Source of the DNA: Zygnema circumcarinatum SAG 698-1b
Taxonomy: Eukaryota; Plantae; Zygnematophyceae
Assembly (NCBI GenBank): GCA_037447605.1
Contig: CM074815.1
Location: forward strand, 1,860,001 to 1,924,000
Direction of reading: 5' to 3'
DNA: 64,000 nt
Shown: piece after piece, positions 55,208 through 64,000 of the stretch
Position numbering within the stretch: the first letter of the stretch is position 1
Layout of the letters: every line of letters begins with the position of its first letter
Program-made: the position numbers and the translations under genes
The notes under the pieces: model-generated
The model's input: only the letters and a program-made list of their open reading frames with translations
Database searches by the model: none
Told to the model about the DNA's origin: nothing

Positions 55208-57224
55208 ATGGGCAACAAAGCCCTCCGCTCGAGCAGTCTGCGAGGGAGCTCCGCGCAGGACGAGGAGGCGGAGGAGACGGACGGCCCGCCATGGCTTCCT
55301 CGCGCTCGGACTGCTCCCGCGGCCCTCGGGCGGGAGGGGTGGAGGGACGGCCGCCGCCATGGCCATGGCGAGGAGGAGGAGGGCGAAGCCACGTGGCAGC
55401 CGCAGGGGGAGGAGGGCGAGGCCACGTGGCAGCTGCAGGAGGAGGAGGAGGAGGGCGGCGGCGCGTTCACGGAGCGGTACATGGTGCAGGACCGCGTGCT
55501 GGGAAGCGGCGAGTTCGGGGTCGTACGGCCGTGCATGGACCGGCGGACGGGCGCCGTGTGGGCCTGCAAGACCGTCGACTGCAAGAGACGGGTCGGGTCT
55601 CCTCCCCTTCGCCCCCCCCTACAAAAACCCACTTCATTTCAAGCGCAAAAACCCACAATTTGCCCAAAAGCGCGAGGTGGGTCCTCCCTCTTTCGTGATC
55701 CTGAACCCTTTTTTTGGGGCAATTTTTTCAGGAGGCGGGCGAGCGGCTGCGGGCGGAGGTCCGAGCCATGGAGGCCCTGCCCCCGCACCGCCACATTGTG
55801 GGCCTCGCGGGAGTGAGGTGGGCGGGCGGCGCTGCGCATCTTCTGCTCGACCTCTGCGCGGGGGGGGACCTCTTCGCGCTCGTCAAGCAGGGGGGGGGCT
55901 GCACGGAGGATCAGGCCGCGTGGATCTTCAGGTGAGACCCTCTCTCTCTCTCTCGCTCTCTCTCTCTCTCACTCTCTCTCTATCTCTCTCTCTCTCACAC
56001 ACACACACGCACACGCACACGTACACTCTCTCTCTCTTTCTCTCTCTCTCTCTCTTTCACACACACACACACACACACGCACACGCTCTCTCTTTCTCTC
56101 TCGCGCTCTCTCTCTTTCTCTCTCACTCTCTCTCTAGCGCGAGCGCGCTTCTCCTCGCCTCTCTGGGTTTCTCGGCAAGAAGGATTGCTATGAGTGCCCC
56201 TCTGCATTCTCTATATCACTCGCTCTCTTTCTTCACTCGATTGGTACTTTTTATGTTGCCCTACGCGGGCTGCCTCCCATTCCTCCTCTTGCTATTTCTT
56301 CGTTCTCTTCTACTCTCACCTCCATTTCTCTATTACCGACTTTCGCTCCTCCCTCTCATTCCTTTCCGCTTTCGTCCCTTCTTCCCTCACCCCTCTTCCT
56401 TTTGTCCCCCTTCCCATCTCGATCCTCACTCGCTTGCTCTCACTCTCTCTCTCCACCTTCTCCGTTTCGGACTCGTCCTCCTTTCCCCCTCCCTCTCTAT
56501 TGACCCTCCTCCTGTCTCCTTTTTCTTCCTATTTCCTCCCTTCCCCACCTCCTAAACTCCTCCCCTTTCCCCCTCCATTCTCATTACCTTCCCTCCTCCC
56601 TTCCTCCCTCCCTTCCCTCCCTTCCCTCCCTTCCCTCCCCCACCTCTCCCCTCCCACTTCTCCCCCTCCCACCCTCCTCACTCGTCTCTCCCTCCCCCCC
56701 TCTTCCTTCCCCCCTCCATCTCCCGCCCTCCCACCCTCCCCACGCCCCTCCCCTCCCCCTCTCCCTTTCCCCACCCTCCCCCTCCCCCTCTCCCCCTCCC
56801 TCCCTCCCTCTCNNNNNNNNNNCCCCCCCCCCCCCGTCTCCCGCAGGCAGGTCGCCTCTGCGGTCGCCTTCTGCCACTCCCACGGCGTGGCCCACCTCGA
56901 CGTGAAGCCCGAGAACGTGCTCGTCGCGGCGCGCGGTCCCCGTCCGGAGGTTCGCCTCGCGGACTTCGGGCAGGCGGCGCTGCTCGGGAGGGGGGGCGGG
57001 CGGCGGCTCAAGGGCGCGGCGGGGTCCGCCTTTTACATGGCGCCGGAGGTGGTCGCGGGACGGCCCTTCGACTTCGCGGCGGACGTGTGGAGCCTCGGAG
57101 TGCTGCTTTACGTCGTGCTCGCAGGTGCGGGGGGGTTGGTATTGGTAGGGGGATGGGATCTGGAGGGCCGTGTATCAGTCAGAATTTCTGTAACGTGACC
57201 CATCTCTCTGTCTATGTTTATGTC

Positions 57225-57264
<40 letters not shown>

Positions 57265-58168
57265 GCTCCCCATCTCCGCTTCCCTCTCATCCCCTCCCCT
57301 CCCTCGTCCTCTCCCGTCCTTCCCCCCCTTCGCTCCTCACATTGGTCTCATTGGTATTAAGAGAATCCTCTCTCTCTCTCTCTCTCTCCCCCAACCTCAC
57401 CCACTTTCCCTTTTTTTTCCGTTTCTAGATTTCTGAATGACAAACGTGTGTCGACTGACTACCTGTGCAGGGTATTTGCCGTTTTGGGCCGAGTCTCCGC
57501 AAGTCCTCTCCGCCCTCATCTGCGAGGCCGACATCGACTTCCACTCCCATCCGTGGCCGCTTGTCTCCGACGGCGCAAAGAGCCTCATTCGCCGCATGAT
57601 GACGCGCAATCCGGACGACCGCCCTTCAGCAAACGAAGTTTTGACCCATCCTTGGCTGCAGCATTTCGATCTGCATCCCTTGAATTCGGAATACCTTTCC
57701 CCAGACCTTTCCTCTTCAGATCTTTTTCCTCCTCCTCTCTCCCTTTCTGCTGCTTCAACCTCCTCTCCCTCGTTAGAGAAACCGGAGGTTTCGGTGTCTC
57801 TCCTTGAAGAAGAAAGCAGCCATGGAAGCAGCCCCCCCTCCTCCTCGTGGCCCCAAACTCTCTGTTCTTCGAGGGAGCCCTCCCCGAGGTCTCCTTTAGA
57901 GCGTTCTTTTTCTCCGCCTCCTACACCAGAGAGCTCCTTTTTTGGGTCCGTCGCCAAGTTTTTATTAGCTCCTCGAGGGTTCGGACAAAATTTACATAAA
58001 ATTGGGTCGGAATTGGAAGGAAACAAGGGGGTGTTCAAGGGTCAAGGAGTGAACTCTGAAGAGGAGGAGGAGGAGGAGGGCCATGAAGGGAGGGAGATGA
58101 TGTGCCGGTTGAGAGGGGATGATGGGTTCTGCAGAAAAGCGAGCTTGACTTCATGCCAACTTAGATAA
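55208..58168 (+). CDS. CDPK-related Ser/Thr kinase without EF-hands (PEPKR/PPCK-like), 4 exons
   Basis: LGSGEFGVV, WACKTV, RAEVRAMEALPPHRHIV, LDLCAGGDLF, HLDVKPENVL, LADFG, GSAFYMAPE, DVWSLGVLLY, PWPLVSDGAKSLIRRMM and VLTHPWL. The tail is S/P/E-rich with no EF-hand motif; the N-terminus is MG. Confidence 0.9.
55935..56835. repeat. (CT)n/(CA)n and C-rich low-complexity intron 2 of the kinase
   Basis: Seen directly; includes an N gap. Confidence 0.9.
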
Positions 58169-58967
58169 CGTCATTTTTTTGTTTTTTTGTTTTTTTGTTT
58201 TTTTTTTTTTTTTTGGGAATAATTGAGCGGAAATTTCATGTAAACAGGGGAACAGGGAGGAGGGTACAGTAATAGTGATCAGGGTATGAGGTTACATGTA
58301 CAGTTTGGATGTTTTTGTTCAAGAGTTTAAGGGAGGGAGGGAGGGAGGGAGGGAGGGAGGGAGGCGATCTCTCCATGTCCAAAAAATTCAAATGGACTTA
58401 CGCTTGTCATTGTCACATTTCCCATCACCAAAACCGTTTTATTTTTTTGAACTGTAAACTTATGGTTCCGCGGAATTGGAATCAACATCAACACTCGACT
58501 TGAAAAAAAAATATGAAAAATGGCACGGCTTTTGATTTTTCTTCTGCCGTAAAACCGACCAGGTTGAGAAAATGAGAAGCGAGCTTACTTAATTCCTGAA
58601 TTCTCAATCTTAGTGAATAGAGTTCAACTTTGAACACTCGAGGTTGAAACTTTTTCAATTTAAGAAAGCGAAAAGTTTGTAGGAAAAAGTTCAAAGACTC
58701 AACACGTTCGGCCGCACGTGTGGATTCCAGTTTTTGCCGTGTTGGTTCCGTGCGATTTGATGGATCGGGTTAACCCGGGCCTCGTTCTGTCCGTACGACT
58801 CTTCCCGCGAGCCGGTCAACAATTTCTGTACGGACAACCGGGTCCACACCCATTGCGATCCGCTAGAATCTCATTGTTGATCGATGGACCCAAGGAAGAC
58901 TCATATTGAACACGAACCATAATTAACTGTTCAATGTTCAATGTTCAATTGCTTCTCCATAAACGAT

Positions 58968-59317
58968 CTCCCCCAGCGATCCTCGCGGCTTTTTATCGAC
59001 AGCGCATTTCTATCGCTTTGCAGCGTTGCCTTGTTTCCACCATCCTCCGGCGTGCAGCGGTTGTTGGTGCTCGTCCCGGTGGTCTCCCGCCCCTTCCTAC
59101 GCGTGCTGCGCCACATCTTGGCGACCTTCGCGGCTGCTTCTAGTGCCGTGTTGTTGGGCCTAGGAGTAGACATCCGTTCAGAAGCTTTTTCTTTGACCTT
59201 TAGTCCATTGTGACCGCTCCCTTTGGTTCCCGATGTTGATTTCCTTCATGTACGTTTGATGGCTTTGCCATCGTGAGTTCAATATATCATCTCCTTCTCT
59301 CCATTTTTTTTTTTTTT
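58968..59317 (+). mobile_element. Shorter 5'-truncated copy of the same RLE/CRE-like retroelement
   Basis: Encodes PPAILAAFYRQRISIALQRCLVSTILRRAAVVGARPGGLPPLPTRAAPHLGDLRGCF*, against PPAILTTFYRQRISVALQRCLASTILRRAAVVGTRPGGLPPLPARTAPHIGDLRGCF* in the 45 kb copy. The 3' UTR is collinear and ends in a T-run. Confidence 0.9.
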
Positions 59318-60302
59318 ATTGAAAGTTTTTTTTTTGGAGAAGCCAAAAAAAATATTTTTCTTTTTTTCCCAGCCTATTCAGTTTTACGGTATTTTTTTTT
59401 CTTTCTAAATGTGAATACCTCTAGTTGGGCTCCATAAAAAATAAAAAATGTTCTAGGCCTCTTCCAATTCCACTTTTCGAGATGTCCATGTCCGCATCAG
59501 CAAAACTCACACCCGCAGCCATCAGTCTGAAAAGCCCCCATTAGGGCGGGTCGGACTTAGCCAGGAGCGTACTAAATACCCGAATTTAGTATACTAAAAG
59601 TCACTTCTTTCGTGTACGAGTTCCGGATCGGGCTCCGCCGAACCCAGCCGAAATGCGTACCTAGCCAGTGCTTAATTCGCCCGACAGGCTTACTAACTTG
59701 ATTTGGCCATGTATTAAGTCTGACCCCCCCGAAAATGTCCACAAAAGCCTCCCGAACCTCGGCCTCTAAAACTCTCAAAATCTGGCAGATATTTATGTTT
59801 TCCAGAGAACCCTACAGAGATGAGCCGTGCAAACATATGCTGCGAATGTTAGAGGAATCACAGAAGCACACACGTGGAAACAGCGATCTCCCACATGACA
59901 AGCAATGGGTATTCCGTTAATTTCTGTCCAGGTTCATCCGAGTCTGACACCTGATTCCACCCAAAAGCGGCATTTTCCGCTACTCTTTGCAAGATTGAAC
60001 CCCCATATATGAGGAATTCCAGGAGCCCGAACAAAGGTCACACTAATGTCAACAACGATTAACAGAAAACCAAAAATGTTTGCGCATTACAAGCTGGCAT
60101 AGATTACAATATGCACAAGAAGGTACAGCCAGCTCTGCCAATCGTGCAGAGCAGAAGAAAGTTATGCGAGGCCTGGCACTGAGTGCAGAACGCGTCCGCT
60201 CTTTCGAGCTGCGCTTCCTTTATTGGGCTGTCATGGTGGACCGCCTAAAGAATGGGCTGTGGAGAAACGCTGTACAAGGGAGGGGGGGGGCACTGGCTGG
60301 GC

Positions 60303-63300
60303 CTAGCGACGGCTCTGCTTGTACACGCCGTAGCAGAGGAGGAGGAGAATGACGACGTGTATGGTCTGCATGGCAAGTCCCCCAATGCCATGTCATGGAT
60401 GGAGGCTGCGCACGATGGATGCCATGCCATCATCCCATGTATCCCACCCCCCATGAGCATAGGAAAGGATATCGTATATGCAGAACTTCGCTAGTTGTCG
60501 AGATACCCGTTATCACTGAATAGGTCATGCGAAGTTATTAAGTAAGGCGATTCAAAGGCAATTCAACATGCCTTACTGCAAAAGGCAAAGGCAATGGCAA
60601 AGGCAAAGGCAAAGGGTAACTTCTTGATGGGTTTGAAGCTTCGTTCATACACTCACCATGCTTAAACCTTGCATCTTTTCCAAGCGATGAATGCGGGCTT
60701 CCATCCTGTTAAGATTTGCAAGTGGAGAAAGTCTTCCTGTGGGAGTGGAGTTACCCCCACTGCCTGACCTTTCATCCTGTCCACAAGCATAGCAGAGAGA
60801 AGGGAAATACTACTATCAGTGTTGTGCCCGAATGGAAGTACTGCAGCATAAAGGACTAACGATGCCAAGAAAGGAAGGCCTTTGGCATACTGAAGACTCC
60901 CACTGAATTCCCCTTCTGGTGTTTAAGTGATAAGACTCCTATAGAAATGAGAACTGTACCTGGCCTGTTACTCGCAAAACGAGTTCTCTCAACTTAGCAG
61001 CGGAGGGACTGTGTACCGCATCCACACTCTCTGCGAAAGCAACTTTATTTGTGCTTTGAAGAATCTCCAAGTAGGACTGCAAGAGATCAGAGTAAGCAAA
61101 GCATTTGAGTTCAGCAAAGGGCGGGTAATGAAGTGGCGAGAGTCTAACAGGAAAGCAAGGAGGGGGTGTGGGAGAGGTCGGAGTTTGTGGTAAGGTTGAA
61201 CTTCACCAGACTTGTATAGGTGCCTTTTAGTTCCAACTTGGCTCCGGCAGCAGCAACTGCTTCCCTAGTCCTCCCTTTGATCTGAATGAAGGATCGGGAG
61301 ATTTGAGGTATGTGGTCTACTTCAATTAGCAGCTGCAAAGCCAACAAGGGGTAAAGGTAAGGATTAGAATCTTGAGCTACGTCTAATCCCTCCATGGAAA
61401 AATGCTTGAACCACAAGAATAGGTCCCAAAATGTTAAAAATTCTCACCTGGTTGTCCTCATGAATTGTGGCATTCACTTCAATAATAGCAGCTGCGTGAT
61501 ACCTGCAGAGTCAGCACCTCCTTTCTCTGTTATATTCTTGAAAATACAAACCCTAACAAATGAAAGAAATGAAGGAGAAACGGCCAACAAGGCCCTAGAA
61601 GGTACCCGAGCTTTGTGAGGCCGCCAACTGTCTTCACGCTCACATCAAAATCCACCTGCGATTGGATGCTAAAATCTCCTTCTCTTATTGGCTGCCCAAA
61701 AAAGGAAAACAAAAACGAAAATAGCAATCAATAAACTGAAGAACAATAGGAATGAGTGTAAGTCACAGCATTGTAATTTCTTGTCAATATCTGCATAGCT
61801 TCAAAACAATTCTCCCCCCCTGCTAGTAAAGAAGAGGCAGCATAGAGACAATATAAAGGCCCAAACAACATGCATGAAAACTATACCAACTAAAGGAGGC
61901 TGAAGGGTGGCTGTAGAATGTTCCACAATGTACTGTTGGTATGGTTATGTTTAATATGTTATGCCCTAAACATTATGATTTACTTCGTTTCCCATAGACA
62001 ACAAATGATGTTCAGAGATCGGATTTAGTCTTTGAAAGCACCTCGCGAATAAGAACGAGAAATCGGTTTTCACAGTTGCGAACACGAATGAAATCTTCTT
62101 CACTTTTTGGACCATTTGGGTCCAGTCCACGCATGTAAAAGTAGGTGTCGGTAAACCCGCAAAATCGTCGTTTTGTTGTTTTGGGGTCTAAAACTCTGGC
62201 GATTGCATCTATGGCGACCTGGAAAAAGCCAAAAACGGGAGCTTAGAAAAACAGCAAAACACGCATCACATGTAGACTTGGATAAAAAAATGTGGCCCTA
62301 TATCTTTGTTGAATTGGGTTTCTAAGGAAAGAGTTAGCACATATCCATGTACAGTAGTATGGATATGAGTCATATATGACGATAAAGTGGTAGTTTCGAA
62401 ATCGAGTGGAAGGACAGAAACGAGCCTGATACACTGAATATGACACCCACCTCCTTTGAGCTCTTTAAAATGAAGACAGTATTGTCTTGGGAATGAACCG
62501 GATCAAAGTTGTTTACTATCTTCAGCTGCGAGAAAAAAAAGATGATTAAGCCAAGTTAGTCTGCCAGCTATACAAGAAAAAAAGCAACCTGAGAGAAGTT
62601 TTTTCCATACAAGGATTTCCAAACCTTATCCATTGAAAGATAAGACAATCCCTATTCCAGCAGCTGCAGAAACCCTGCGACAAAAAGTGAAGAGAGGAGA
62701 GATGAGAGGGAGAGGGAAGCGGACTGAGGGGAGAAGTGGGAGAGGGAGAGGGAGAGAGAGGGAGAGGGAGAGGAAGAGGAAGAGGAATAAAGAAGGACAG
62801 GGCTCACATGTGCACTTGTCGAGTGAGGTTCTATGTGTTCACGGAACATAGGAAAAATTGTTTGAATCACTTCGCTCTCGCCCATCCACCGACCGGTTCG
62901 CTCCACATCGCGGAGAACTCGAGCTGCTAAATGGGAATGCACTCCTCCGACCTGAAATTCCAAAACACAGGAATAAGCAGAAGAATCGCTTGATCGATAT
63001 TGGCAAGCAAACTAAGATCAGTGCAACATCGTCAAAACGGAAAAAAAAATGCACATTTGAAAGAAAAATGTGAGGGCAACTTACGACGGAAACTCGAACA
63101 TCCATAAGTTGTTGAAGGGAGGGATGTAGAGCATACACACCTTCAATGACTACCTGCCTTCCCAGACACGCTCCCACAATCCCAAAATTCTCAAACACTG
63201 TTCCTCAGAACCTCAGGTATTAACTAGTAAGCTGTAAGCCGAGCATTGACACGTGCGAATAGTCAAATGAAGGCACATGATTGGACGGCCCATTTGCGCA

Positions 63301-63900
63301 GTAGTACACTTACCACACCACTCTCACGAGAAGCTTCGACTTTCTGAAAGGCCACACGCTTTTTCCTTTGAAAATCGAATATGGGTATCCTCGCAGGCCT
63401 AAGCTCCTTCAAATCCCGAATATTCTGTAACGTAACGCTTCCCAGCCATCGCCAATATCAGAGCTCTGCAATGCATGGTATGACAAGTGACCATACAATA
63501 CACATCATAATCAAGCCTTTAAGAATGAAAAAGTTGTGACTGATCTACCTGCACCAAGAGAAGGCTATCCAATGTATAGAATTCATCGTAGTTTGTATCA
63601 TCCACCAAGTCCTCCTTAAAGTAGCTTTCCATAGAGAGCAAATGACATTCGACAAGGTCCGCCAATTTCCTCGCGAAGTTGCTTTTGCCCGATCCGCTAG
63701 GACCACCTGCAACATGTGCAAACATTAGCATTCCAGTTCAAGCACCCTCTCAAATCGCGTACAAGCCTTTCAAAAACGAATGGAGAATTCAAGCAATAAA
63801 GACGAAATTACAGCCTTACCAATGCCAATGACAACTGGGCCGCCATTCTCTTTCAAGAGTGTCTGCAAAGAATGATTTCACAGAGCAAAGGAAACAAGCA
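60303..63900 (-). CDS. 3' half of a uridine kinase-CYTH fusion protein (At2g01460-like) with a C-terminal membrane anchor; 5' end lies beyond the window
   Basis: P-loop GGPSGSGKS, LLSMESYFKE, VVIEGVYALHP, VGGVHSHLAARVLRD, TIFPMFREHIEP, FIRVRNCENRFLVLIRE|PIREGDFSIQSQVDFDVSV, LLIEVDH...FIQIKG, MEARIHRLEK and a hydrophobic tail TIHVVILLLLCYGVYKQSRR* (TAG at 60303-60305). Confidence 0.85.
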
Positions 63901-64000
63901 GCCAAAAGCCTCACGGTCAGCCTGGTTTACACTTACATGTGCGGATGAATAAGTCACAGAAACACGACTCCGTACAGGCATCATGCATTACGGAAATCGT

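Noticed and set aside
46914-58168. Phosphatase-kinase adjacency (PBCP next to a Ser/Thr kinase) as a functional pair
   Set aside because: PBCP counteracts the thylakoid kinase STN8. This kinase is CDPK-related with no evident transit peptide.
53470-58930. Hypothesis that the GC-rich kinase gene was captured inside a DNA transposon
   Set aside because: I found no terminal inverted repeats, TSD or Helitron ends by eye.
58929-58967. TSD and (GTTCAAT)x3 at the 5' junction of the 59 kb retroelement copy
   Set aside because: The candidate duplication TCTCCAT is offset from the homology boundary and is low-complexity. The GTTCAAT echo of the 3' end may be chance.

Overview
Eukaryotic, intron-rich, gene-dense window from a green plant; a streptophyte alga or early-diverging land plant is my inference from gene content, GT-AG introns, a plant-type tRNA-iMet and degenerate CCCTAAA repeats. 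Nine recognisable protein genes: DCAF12-like WD40 (-), HAD hydrolase (+), polyQ-rich MED15 (+), FtsH7/9-type protease (-), ABHD17-type hydrolase (+), ATE1 (-), PBCP-type PP2C (+), an EF-hand-less CDPK-related kinase (+) and the 3' half of a uridine kinase-CYTH protein (-, runs off the window). There are also an F-box protein (+), two weakly assigned genes and a tRNA-iMet. Mobile DNA: a young non-autonomous Mutator-like element (87-bp TIRs, perfect 9-bp TSD, frameshifted transposase remnant) and four 5'-truncated copies of an RLE-type (CRE-like) non-LTR retrotransposon with pyrimidine-rich tails and conserved 3' hairpins; two of these form an inverted pair. Best leads: the retroelement family and its 3' RNA structure, a cluster of 14 GTAC (SBP/CuRE-type) cores upstream of the kinase, an ArgRS-N-terminal-like insertion in ATE1, a 9x AGTTCG cluster upstream of PBCP, and a 24-bp motif heading two (CT)n tracts. 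All family assignments come from motif recognition, not database searches. Exon structures were assembled by eye, so gene ends are approximate. Most listed ORFs over 100 aa in repeat tracts are artefacts.
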